Below, in pieces: positions 51,879-63,345 of a DNA stretch of 64,000 nucleotides. Positions within the stretch are counted from its first letter, which is position 1. The number at the start of each line of letters is the position of its first letter. The notes beneath the pieces are model-generated. The model saw nothing but the letters and a program-made list of their open reading frames with translations, had not been told where the DNA came from and ran no database searches. Made by a program: the position numbers and the translations under genes. The DNA comes from Podarcis bocagei (Eukaryota): assembly GCA_964188305.1 (NCBI GenBank), contig OZ076885.1; one strand, written 5' to 3'.

Positions 51879-54800
51879 ACTATATTTTAATAAAATAAAA
51901 TTTGTCTCCCCAACCCAAAACTAAATCTTTGTCATTTCAGTATGGTAAAAACTGTTTTTAGTATACCTAAAATCCATTGCTTATTAGGGGCTACCCCACA
52001 TTTTCTTCAAAAAAATTGCTTTGCCAAGGTAACTACCATAGAGTTATCAAAATTTTCAAAAGTAGGGGGTCTGTGGCTTGGCTTTTGAAATATAGGGGGT
52101 CCTCAGTAATTAGCTAATTGGGAACCACCACCATAGACTGTTGCTCTACGGAGAGAGGGCTTGCTGATCATTGGGAGCCCTTCATTTCCTATCAGTGTAG
52201 TCAAGCTGTTTTTAATTGTGGCTAGGTGTGACAGCCCTAAAAGAGGCATAGACAGGCCTTGGGTTTTAAATGGTATTTCATACTTGATAGTGTGACCTTG
52301 TAGTTGTGAGAGCATTCTGCAGTCCTGGGATTACCTTGATTCATTCATTGGAACACAGAGTGCTCAGTTTTCTGGATGTACTAGAGTGATAAAAAGTGCC
52401 TTTCTATAGATTACCATATATTTGCAGTTTGTTGAAGAGTGGTGTAGTAATTGGCATGTTGGTTTGGAGTCAAACTACTCATAATGTGAGTGGTTTCCCA
52501 AGGTTTTCCCCTCCCACCAAAGCAGCTGCAATAAACTTTTATCTGGCTTAATAGGGGGAGGGGGATTGTGAGAAGTTGAAAGGGGAAATGCTTATCTGTT
52601 TTCCTGAAGGCCATTTTTTAAAATAGATCTCTTCTCCTCACCCCACAAAAAAAATTGTTTTGCCTTGTGGGGGGAAATGTATGCATGCCTGTCTTTTCTT
52701 CCTTAAAGCAAATAACAATTGGATGAGGTAATTTTGATGAGACAAATGCCCCACAGGGAAGATGATAAGTGTCCCCTCCCCCAGACATGAACCACAGCTA
52801 TTCTGGTTGTAAACAAAACCACTTTGGCCATATTGAGACTCAAAGCATCACATGAAATTTAACCCTAAGCATTGAGGCAGAAATCCACATGGGTTGGAGG
52901 GAACCCTTAAACTGTAGTCTAGTCACTTTGTCATATAACTTTTGAAGAAAGTAATCTTGAGCATCTCCTATAACCAGAAGATAGAAAAGTGAATGATGTG
53001 GTTACACTTCTCTTGAAGGGAAATACAGTAAAATGGTATACACGAGGAGGATTAAATCTCCAGAGTGAAGAAGAGCCTTTTACCTTGTTTCCTCCCTTAA
53101 ATACATTTCCAGTAACCTGTATTATTCATTTCTTTTTAAGGCTTTTCCTAAGCTGAGATATCAGGCAGTGATATGGATTTTCTGAAATATATTGAGTTGG
53201 AAAATTTTCCGAAAATGTTTAGATCACTCTGGAAAATGATCTCATTTAGCAAGTTATTTTGCTTGTATTTGGTAAACAAAGCCTAAAACTTTTGAAACTG
53301 CCTGACTTACCTAGTATTACATTTACAACTGGTATCCATTCATTGCTAATGAGTTTAAGAAATGGAAATGTTTATGTGGAAGAACAGAGCACTGGAACAT
53401 TTTTCCACCTCACGTCACTGAGATTGGTCGCCATAAGGTAACTCCTCTGTGCTGTATTTTGAAGTAACCTTTACGGTTACTTGGAATTCTGTTCTCACCG
53501 ACTTTAATTTGAGTTGCTGATTGGCTCTAAGTGAATGATAAGGTATCAGAGGAGAATGACAAGATGTCTACTGTAGGTATTCTTAGGGATAAAGCGACTA
53601 GAGTGATGCATCACTCAGCAGCAGTTCCTAAGGAGCCTTCAGCTGTCAGTGCTGGCTGACTTTCAGACAATAGTCTGCTTTATTGAGATAGCTACCTGCC
53701 TGATATTTACTGTCACTTCTCCGAGTTCAATTTAGCAACACTTACTAATTTCACTGGCTTTTTCTTGGTGCTTGATTGCCTTTACTCTTCTCCCCTCTGC
53801 TACACCTGTGAAGTTGATTAAACTTTGTTAATCCTAGTAGTTTACTTTTAAAGCTCCATCTGCCCTTATAGAATTCAGGTGGCAAATATGCAAGTTGTAT
53901 GCAATCTCCAGACTATGCATATTTCTGTACTACTTCTGTAGTTTTTCCACATAGTCAAAACTGGACAGTACCAGGGCCCAGAGTAGTCAAGGTCAAAGGA
54001 ATCCATGGCTATGCCACATTTGGTCCAGAATTCTTTTGATTGGCGCCCAGTACTCTAGGATTGGGCATATTAACTACATCTGCCTCCTCATTTAGCTATA
54101 GTACAGTTGGCGAATTTCTATGCCTTTGAAGGAACAGGAATGGCCTGGGCATTTGCATCCACCACATGCGAACAACTTCTGTCTTCACCCAAGGTCCAGT
54201 TCTGCTGAAGAACTGGCAGGATGAGTCTTTTCTGTCGGCCTTATTCCTCACATCCCAAAGGAAATGACATGGGGAGGTGTTCTTCTCGCTTCAGGGTATT
54301 ATGCACCTTGCTTTAAAAACAACAGCCTGCCACCACCCAAAATCTAGTCTTCAGGATAGGTGGAAAAGATTGCAAACCTAGTAAGAATGTATTTTAAAGC
54401 TGTTTTAAGATTTGGAGGATCTCTCTGTACTGCTTCAGATATTTCTCTATTCCTGTCTTGGAAAGGAATAGGAGAGAGGGGGGGGGAGAGATGACCTCCA
54501 ATGGCCTTCTAAGTGTGGCACACATCACATAACTTGCAGTCTGAGTTTGGGGAGGAAATACATATGTTTTCTCTACACATACTTACATTTGACAGTTTTG
54601 GTATTGTAAAGAAGGGTACCACTGATACTTTGATCTATCTTTGCCACTCACGTTTTTAAAGTTGACAGCAAGGAGAAATAACAGTCCAAAGTGTCTTCCA
54701 TTTTTGAATCTTGGGCAATAAATTGTACACCAAGTAGAATTTCATAATAACATGAGGTTATTGCAAAACATTACAATGAAGTGCTGAGCTTGTCAAATCC

Positions 54801-55298
54801 CTAGTCTGATCCAACCTGCCACTGTATTGTACTCTATAGGAGTGAGCTTAGCAAGAGTAAGGGATGGATTCTGCATGCTGGCAGGGATATGGAGAGAGCC
54901 TTGGGGGAAAGGGTTGCTCCCTTCACCCACTGCTGCTTGTTCCTGAAGTAGCACAAAAATCCAGGAAGATTTCATAATATAGAAACAAGAGCCAAACTAC
55001 TCTTTTAATTACTCCTTGGCTCTTCTTTGTGACTAAGTGGTGGTCTTTAGAAAAACCCCTTCAGACATACATTTTACCCGTAATCCCAGAGCAGGTTATG
55101 TGCTTTGCCAGTCTGCTGCTAAGTGCTGCTGCCTTTTGTATGTCATGACCTCCCCTCAACCCTTCATGCTCCTGTCATGTCCCCCCCCCCCACTGCTTGT
55201 GCCCCATTGTGTGACCTCAAACTGCTAGCCTTTTGGCTTTCCTAGTTCCTTCTCATTCCTGCTAACCTGCTGTTCCTTTGCAAACTGGTGTCTTGCAG

Positions 55299-55394
55299 TC
55301 CTCCTCTTTGCTAGCTGCTCGACAGAGCATCTCCGATGTCCCAACTGCAGCGGATCTTGTCAGTGCAATAGAAAAACTGGTCAAAAGCAAGCTG
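55299..55394 (+). CDS. KALRN: KALRN exon SSSLLAARQSISDVPTAADLVSAIEKLVKSKL, phase 0-0
   Basis: Branch-like gctaac at 55261; ttgcag acceptor; CTG|gtaagt donor; 96 nt; matches the recalled kalirin segment. Confidence 0.93.
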
Positions 55395-56216
55395 GTAAGT
55401 GTGAAGACATAGGATCCCATGAAGAGAAACGTCCTAGTTGAGCAACACCGTAATTCAGCTGTTGGTCATATTGCTGACTATCCTCACCACTGAGTAGCTA
55501 ATTGCAGTTCCATGTTGGTTCTATCGTCAACTAGTTGCTAGAGTTAAAGTGCAGTAAAACCATTTTTATTTTTTATTTTTTGTAAATGACTTGATTCGTT
55601 GACATATTCCTGATATCATCAGTGGGCTATAGTATAGTCCGTAACATCTATTCCTTACCTGGTAAATTTCTAGGGGTGTGATTGCAGATAAAGTATTTTT
55701 TCTTTTAAAATGTTTTATTTCTTTTACAATATTCAGTCAAGTGCTATGCTGTGTCGAATCTGTCATTTTTCTGCTTGTTTTTTTTAAAACACTAGGCGTA
55801 TTAGAAGGTTGCTGTTTCATGTATCCCCCCCCCTCAAAAAAAAAGAGCCACTTTTGGAAAACTTGGTTCAAGGGCTGTTCAGTATGTGGTTCATGAAGCA
55901 ATATTTTCAATTTAATGTCCCGCCTTAGTTGTAGACACTCCAGGCGGCTTGCAGTAATGAATACAGTAACAAATAATCCTAGGCAGCTTAATTCAGTTGG
56001 GCAAACTAAAGCTGCTATCTTATCTACCTTTGCTTGGGAGCATGTGCTGTACAACTCAGTGGGACATCTCAAAGGAACATGCATAAAATTGAGTTGTATT
56101 ACTTAAATAAAGAAACAACTTTTTGGGTCAGACTTGCTTGTTGCAATATTACATCACCTTTATCATAGCTAAGCTCCATTTTCATTTTCAGATGGAGGTT
56201 GATGTTTCTTTTTGAA

Positions 56217-56268
<52 letters not shown>
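56217..56268. repeat. (ATCT)n microsatellite
   Basis: Direct reading. Confidence 0.95.
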
Positions 56269-56270
<2 letters not shown>

Positions 56271-57381
56271 ACTAGTAAGGTCAGCCATCTCTTAGTCCTG
56301 GTTACAACTTGACTATGTTAAGCCATGGTTTAATTGGCTTGAGAACAGCACTTATGCCTGTGTGAACTCTTCTTGCCTCTCTCCTTACCACCTACACTTC
56401 CATATGTAATTACAATGCTGATATTCTGAATTGGTAAATCACAAAATCCCATGACAGCTGATCTAGAAGACCAGTTTAAGCACTGCTTACAAGTAAGAAT
56501 CTGATACAGGAAATGGAAAGCTCATTTTGCAAATAGTTACATAAATTGCCATTCAGACAATATACTTTGTACTTTTTAAGAATCCTAGATGCTTCGCTTC
56601 TGTGTCTTGAAATTAAAAAAATAACAATTCGATCTCAGATGGGATAATGGTATTTCTGTTAAATGAAACAAATATTGTCTTGAGTGTTTTGTATACTGGA
56701 ATAAATTAAATATTTAAATGGCTCATTTTAGCCAGCTTCTTCTAGTGTGATGTTAGGTATTGCAAATCAGCAGCCCTCTTCCACTGTTGGTATCCCTCAG
56801 TTTCTTCCCTTCCTATTTTCCCCATTAAAACGAAAAGGAGAGATTTGGTTTTCTGCACAAATGTGGAATAAGAACAAAATAGCTGCACGACCCCACAATC
56901 ACCTATTTGCTTCTGAGGGGAATCTACCTTTTACTGCAAATTAGGTATCATTTGGTTTGGAACTAACCAAATCCATGACTAGCCTAAAAGATCTGCAAAT
57001 GGGATGTACAAAACACGTAGGGAAAAAGTGGGGACCAGCTTCAGGAAACACTTAGCACAGATATACTGTAACCTTTTAACATTTATCCTATTCAGGAGGT
57101 CTTCAGAATATTTAGGAAAACTTTGGAATGAATGAGAAGTTCTTAGTTTGTAAACTGCTGTACTGAATCAAGCCAGTTCTATTCTGCTGTCTTCCCCCAA
57201 TCAGCCTAAACAAAATAAATGTCACCTTGGGGTACATTTTGAGAAAATTGAAGGGTTCCGTCCCCCCGCTTACTAATTATTGCAAATACAGATCCCCTGA
57301 GGAAGTAGCTATAGGAATAGCTATATAGTCAATCTGTTAAGATTTTCTGCTGAATCCTTTGGCTTTTTTCTTATTTTTAAG

Positions 57382-57515
57382 ACATTAGAAGGAGGCTCCT
57401 ACCGGGGAAGCTTAAAGGATTCCACTGGATGCTTGAACGAAAATGTGACACCTTCAACTCCTCCTTCAAGAAACCTTGAAGAAGAACAAAAAGCCAAAGC
57501 TATGAGAGGCAGAAT
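57382..57515 (+). CDS. KALRN: KALRN exon TLEGGSYRGSLKDSTGCLNENVTPSTPPSRNLEEEQKAKAMRGR(M), phase 0-2
   Basis: tttaag acceptor; AT|gtaagt donor; kalirin pre-DH2 peptide. Confidence 0.93.
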
Positions 57516-57766
57516 GTAAGTAAACTTTGGGTTGTTGTTTTTTCAAGTAGGTATCCCTTATACATGACCTCAGAACCGGTGGATAAAGTCTATAGTGGTG
57601 AAGCTCTGGGCATTAGCCAGTAGGCTCCTTCAACAATCGACTTTGCTCTGATTCAGAAGAAGTTATGCTGAAACCACAGAACCAATTAAAGCTCTCCCAG
57701 AAACAGTTTTATAAACTATGGTGATGGCATTCTTAAAACTAATTCTTCTGTTCTTAATATGTTATA

Positions 57767-58252
57767 GAGGTAACTCGCAGCTTATACTTGTAAACTTACA
57801 TGATTGCACCTTTGTGCAGTTGAGGGGGGAATAAATAAATGGAGAGGGTAGGAAATCCACCATTCCCCGCTCCCCATTTATTTAGTCCCCCACCCGCCAC
57901 TGCCACCACCACACACAACTGCAGTTGCAGGTTTGCCAGGCTTTGGGAAGAAGGCTCAAGGGTTCTGGCAGTGTCCTAGAGCCCTTTTGTGACCTTCCTA
58001 GAACCCAGTGAGCAGCCCTCCACTTTGAAGAGTCTCCTGGCTTTATGCATTTTGCGTTTATGCTTGAACCTCTAGAACAGGCTTCCTCAAACTCTGCCCT
58101 CCGGATGTTTTTGGCCTACAACTCTCATGATCCCTAGCTAGCAGGAGCAGTGGTCAGGGATGATGGGAATTGTAGTCTCAAAACATCTGGAGGGCCGAGT
58201 TTGAGGAAGCCTGCTCTAGAACCAAGCCCTCTCGTAAGATGCGAGTTAACTG
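57767..58252. mobile_element. Older TA-flanked DNA transposon relic hosting the 58078 MITE
   Basis: Degenerate TIRs GAGGTAACTCGCAGCTTA / TAAGATGCGAGTTAACTG, each flanked by TA. Confidence 0.55.
58078..58213. mobile_element. Palindromic hAT (Charlie-like) MITE
   Basis: TIR CAGGCTTCCTCAAACTC / GAGTTTGAGGAAGCCTG; perfect 8-bp TSD CTCTAGAA at 58070-58077 and 58214-58221. Confidence 0.9.
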
Positions 58253-58581
58253 TATATGTCTTCACCCACTATTTTCAATAGAGCAACCAGTGACATTAAT
58301 GCATGTAATGAGAGTTGAAAGAAGTTGGTTGCTTTGGTGGCTTTGAATCCTCTTGTACCACCATATAATTTTATTTTTTTAATAATGCATGCCTTTGGTG
58401 TGGGAATTGCCTGTTTATAATCAACCTGAGCTGCCCTGATATTGCCCGACTCAGATGAGAGTCTACTTAGTGAAAAGTCTACTATTACTACTTAGTCTAC
58501 TAGTGAAAATAGTTGCTGACCATGTATACGTGACGTATATTTAACCTGGCTGCTACAATATGCTCCTCTTTTGAATTTTAG

Positions 58582-58648
58582 GTTTGTTTTAAATGAACTT
58601 GTACAGACAGAGAAAGACTATGTCAAAGACTTAGGAATTGTGGTGGAG
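58582..58648 (+). CDS. KALRN: KALRN exon, start of DH2 domain (M)FVLNELVQTEKDYVKDLGIVVE, phase 2-0
   Basis: ttttag acceptor; GAG|gtgagt donor; Dbl-homology CR1 motif ELVQTEKDYV. Confidence 0.96.
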
Positions 58649-58940
58649 GTGAGTAAAATAATCTAGATTGGGTATATATTCTCACTGTAGCTTCTCAAAT
58701 TGAGTAATATTCTAACACTATAATCTTCATGAACCAAAACCAGATAATTTTATCTGTCATCTGAGGGCACAGAAGAAATGTTTTAATGCTGTCTTTTTGC
58801 ACTTCTTTAAGGTTTAATTGCTCCCTTCCATGGATATAAAATAAGTCTCATTTGAATATGATGTGTATCTCAATAATATAACAAAATATGGAATTTGAAA
58901 TTTGCTTTTTTTAATTTATTTTTTTAAAATTTCCTTAAAG

Positions 58941-59044
58941 GGATTCATGAAAAGGATAGAAGAAAAAGGTGTTCCTGAAGACATGAAAGGGAAAGACAAG
59001 ATAGTGTTTGGTAACATTCACCAGATCTATGACTGGCACAAAGA
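58941..59044 (+). CDS. KALRN: KALRN DH2 exon [34 protein letters not shown](D), phase 0-2
   Basis: ttaaag acceptor; GA|gtaagt donor; DH motif [12 protein letters not shown]. Confidence 0.96.
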
Positions 59045-59967
59045 GTAAGTCTGCAGTCAGCTTTTAACTGACTATTGCTAAAATGCATAGACTTCTCATA
59101 TACATAGACATTTTACTTGGCCTGAACTACTATACTACATCCCCTCACCCTCTGGGAGAAGTTCATTGTGAGTTAATGTTCTATAGCTAGTAGCAGCAAT
59201 CAACATTTCATTCAGTATGTGATCCTGAGCATTTGTTATATCCCAAGAGGTCTCTTGCAAGCTTCAAGCAAAAACTCTAGTGTCTAGTGCCATAGATGTT
59301 AGTTGACTGAATATTATGACTTACAGGACACAGCACTGTTCTGGCCTCTTACTCTAGTATTGCCTCTTTTACTCAGTAATTGCTGAAATTATTTTTCTGT
59401 GCCTCCCATTATTTGTTAGTTGCACCCATGATGAGGCTCTGTAAAATCCTTCATTTAAAATCAAATGAACATATGTTATTGGAGAATCTCAGGGTTGCAA
59501 ATTGGTTGCAAAGATGAACTTTCAATTTATTATATGTGCAGAAAGGAAATAGTTCAAAAATGCAGGTGGTGGCAGGGATAAATTCCATGGAACAGAGATG
59601 TCTGATAATTGACTCCTGTTTTCACAACCTTTCCCTAAGAATTATGGGCAATTATCCCTATTTCTTTGCAACAGGAAGACTGGACTGGGGCTATCTTCAT
59701 TAACAGATGAACAGCAAGGTTCTCAGTATTTGGAGGAGGATATTGCATGCCAACGGATGGGCTTTTTATATTCACTAGTTCCTCATGTGCAGTGAAATTC
59801 TCTTAACCATTAGCAGGATGATGCAGGCTAAGCTATTCAGAAGTAACTGATCTTATATGAGGGTAGTTTTATCTGTGATGCAAGACAAAATCAGATAAAA
59901 CTATATAGTATGGTGGTGAAGAGTACTGAGGGAGACTTTGTGAATAGTTGTGTATTTTTTATTGCAG

Positions 59968-60037
59968 TTTTTTTCTTGCTGAACTGGAAAAGTGCCTTCA
60001 AGAGCACGACCGTTTAGCACAGCTCTTCATCAAACAT
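59968..60037 (+). CDS. KALRN: KALRN DH2 exon (D)FFLAELEKCLQEHDRLAQLFIKH, phase 2-0
   Basis: ttgcag acceptor; CAT|gtgagt donor; frame continuity. Confidence 0.95.
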
Positions 60038-60116
60038 GTGAGTTACATGCTAGTCCTTTTAAAAAATGGAAATAGCTCCTAGATGTGCCCTGGTTGTACT
60101 GATTGGATATTTTAAT

Positions 60117-60145
60117 CACACACACACACACACACACACACACAC
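60117..60145. repeat. (CA)n microsatellite
   Basis: Direct reading. Confidence 0.95.
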
Positions 60146-61248
60146 CGCCCCCAAATGAGGATAGGAATAATACCTGGATTTTCCTCAAGCCATAAAATGG
60201 GATGTTTGAGTGGAGTGTTTATTTTGCTTTTCCAGAATAAAAGTAATTTTCCTTCAATATCCACAAAATTGTCAAGCCATAATTGTAATAATATTCTGTT
60301 TTACTTATTTTCTTCTGTTAAAACTTGGCTGGAAATGTACCCACCACCCCAAATGCTGCTTCAAATACTGTTTAGCTGCTTACTTCCTGGCTACAACCTT
60401 TGTATATTTGTACAGGATGTGTGTCTTCAAGAACAGAGCTAAACTAACACAGATGTATACCTCAGCAATTTCTAATAATACATTGCTTATTAAACAGTCT
60501 ACGTTTTTTACACTTCAACTAGGATTATAGAACAAGTGCCTCCTTAGTAATAGCTTGATGGGCTTGGACCTGGATTAATATCCTATATCAATCATATACT
60601 TGCTGGCTGGCTTTGAGCATGTCCTCATCTTTTGGCTTGAGGAAGTAATAATAGTGTAGGGCCATTTAACGCAGGAGCCCATGAACTATCTCTTTGTATA
60701 TTGAAGATTCTAGTTGACTGTACCACCTATTTGCTTTTGTACAGCTAGTGATCCAAGGAGCTCTGTTCCTGTCCTCTCAGCAGCAGCACTACAGCAGTGC
60801 CTAGCTGCTTCAGAAAGCTAACCGGAGAGATATGGAAGTTGCAGCAAAATGAAAGCAGCAGTGGCATGTGTGGCATGTCTCCTGACAAGCAATCATGCAG
60901 TCTTACCCTTCTTGAACAATTGCCTGAATCTGATGTCCACATGGGGCGACCCACTCGCACATTATCTTTGGGAGGAAGGAAGGTGCTTGTGCTTCGGGTT
61001 TAGGAAAGGGACTTTAGTTTTATCTTGCTTTCCTCATTCTTTTTCCAAAAGTTGGTGTCTGTACACAGTCCTTTGATCAGGTGATAGTAGACAGTAAAAT
61101 TAAAACAAGGAAAATAAATACTCCCTAAGACCGTCTGGGCTGTGGCTGACAAGAGTAATTAAATTTGCTTTCTGTCACTGTCCATGCAGTGGTAAAAGCT
61201 TTAGTCTGGGCTTAGACTAAGAAAACTATGCAAATTTTGCTTTTACAG

Positions 61249-61335
61249 GAGAGGCGATTACACATGTATGTGGTGTACTGTCAAAACAAACCAAAATCTG
61301 AATATATAGTAGCGGAATGTGGTGCATATTTTGAG
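61249..61335 (+). CDS. KALRN: KALRN DH2 exon [29 protein letters not shown], phase 0-0
   Basis: ttacag acceptor; GAG|gtaagg donor; DH motif YCQNKPKS. Confidence 0.95.
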
Positions 61336-62582
61336 GTAAGGTTTGGCCTTCATTCCTTATTCATGTTGCAGCTTAAAATACACCTGACAGGATCTCTTCT
61401 CCCCTCTCATATTTGCACACACATTCCTACAGCTGTGTCAGCAAGCTTATCCCATTTGGATTAGTGGCTTTCCCCCTTTCTATCTTTGCTTTCCAAGTAA
61501 ATTCTGTCTTATATTTAGCAGTGTGTTCTTTCTCTTGTGCCCCACCTGATTCCCTGTACATTTGTTGCTGGTAGGACCAGGCAGTTTGTGGGGGGCTGTC
61601 TTACTTACCTGTGGTATCAAATTTTTTGTTTGGTAAAGCATATTTATGCAAATGGTAAGGGGTACAGCAAGCTCTACACCTGCCACTTGGAGTCAAAGTT
61701 AGCTCTGAAAGAAAACAGGTGGAATAGATACAGATTAAAAGTTACACCATAATTTAATTAGTTCATCTTTAAAGTGCAAAAATACTCTTTATTAGAAAGT
61801 TTTGTCATCTACCTCATTGTTTTAACAGATGCATAGATGATTGGCACATGTTGTAGCAGGTGTGAGGAACTGAGGGTGGGTGGGTGTGCTTGCACACACA
61901 CATACAAATATGGAGAATGATACCAGAAGTTAAAGGAAGAGAGCAACCCCTCCATACTTTATGGTTCCTAAACCTTTTTATGAAAGGATTCCATTTATGT
62001 CTGTCTCAAGGTCTAGAAACTGCCTCAAATATTAAATTTAAAAATTCTAACATTTCTGCTTAAAATCCTTCTTCTTTTTTTTAAAAAAGCAACATTTCTG
62101 CCATGTAAGCTGTTAACAACTATTCGAGTTTCATTCCCTTTGGCTTGGGGGTTGTTTCATTCCATTTAATTGACATATGGTGCCAGTATTCTTTCCAGAA
62201 ATTTTTTGTACCCGTTTCTGAAGACGTTTCATGCTTGATACATTCACTTTAACCTCCTTTTCTACCCACCCACCCACACAACAAGAAGAGTAAAGGAAAA
62301 TTATATTCATCTGTACAATACTAATCTTAATTGTTGCTGGCCTATTGTAGTAACATTTGGACTAGTCTAACTTCGGTTTGGAAAGATGGGCTAGTCAACA
62401 TGTCATAGATGACTATAATCTCAGGGAATTGACAGAAGGCACATGTTAGAAAATTTTGCTAAAACTAAGTAAGGCATAGTCTGGTCAGTGCTTGGATGGG
62501 GACCCCTTGAGTTTCCTTGAAACAAAGACAATATATAAATAAGTATATTTTTTGTTGATATTGCCTACTTTTTATTTTCTAG

Positions 62583-62675
62583 GAGGTGCAACAAGAAATA
62601 AACCAGCGGCTAACACTCAGTGACTTCTTAATAAAGCCCATTCAAAGAATAACCAAGTACCAGCTGCTACTCAAG
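62583..62675 (+). CDS. KALRN: KALRN DH2 exon EVQQEINQRLTLSDFLIKPIQRITKYQLLLK, phase 0-0
   Basis: ttctag acceptor; AAG|gtgaaa donor; DH CR3 motif LIKPIQRITKYQLLLK. Confidence 0.96.
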
Positions 62676-63294
62676 GTGAAATATACCAGTGAAGTGTTGT
62701 GTCTAGGAAAAAGGTTATCCAAATACCTGTATACTGATAATGGGGGGGGAAAACAACCCAACCCAGTTGCTATAGCAGGCTAAACCACAATGCTCCCTGG
62801 AGCATTGTATGTATACTGGAGCTTTACTTGTTTGTTTTCCCCCATACTGCATCAAAGCTATTGCAGTACAGGGGGCGTGCACTGTGAAGGCAGGGTTGAG
62901 TGGATGGGGTGTTTTCCAGGTGCCCTATAGAGACCATTTAAATTTGAAAGGTATGGCTACATGTTCAGCATTCAAAAAGCCTGCAGATTCAATCATGCAT
63001 AATAAAATTACTGTAGATCACAATAAAATTTGTAAATGTATACATTTTGTTTCAGTCTTGTGTTCTATTTGTTCATCAGTTAGGACCTTTAAATGGGTGG
63101 CACTTTTAAACCGCAGCATAGACTCACCTAAAGTTAGTGCTCTCATGTGTCTTTATTCCTTAACATCTTGAGAGGGTTTGGAACCTTGCCACGCAAAATC
63201 ATTTCCACAAGTAAGCAAGTATGCCTTCAAAGGGGAAGATATTAATATGTATTCTTGTTAATTATTTTTAAGAGGATGTTTTTCATTCATGTAG

Positions 63295-63345
63295 GATTTT
63301 CTAAAATATAGTGAAAAAGCTGGGCTGGAATGTTCAGAGACAGAG
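63295..63345 (+). CDS. KALRN: KALRN DH2 exon DFLKYSEKAGLECSETE, phase 0-0
   Basis: atgtag acceptor; GAG|gtatgg donor; 51 nt; kalirin peptide. Confidence 0.92.

Noticed and set aside
12072-63345. Assignment to TRIO or ARHGEF25 instead of KALRN
   Set aside because: Linker peptides (ENGGKSESVANLQ, KSKKGWGEDE, SYRGSLKD) and the MKGG...CCCC first exon match kalirin as recalled.
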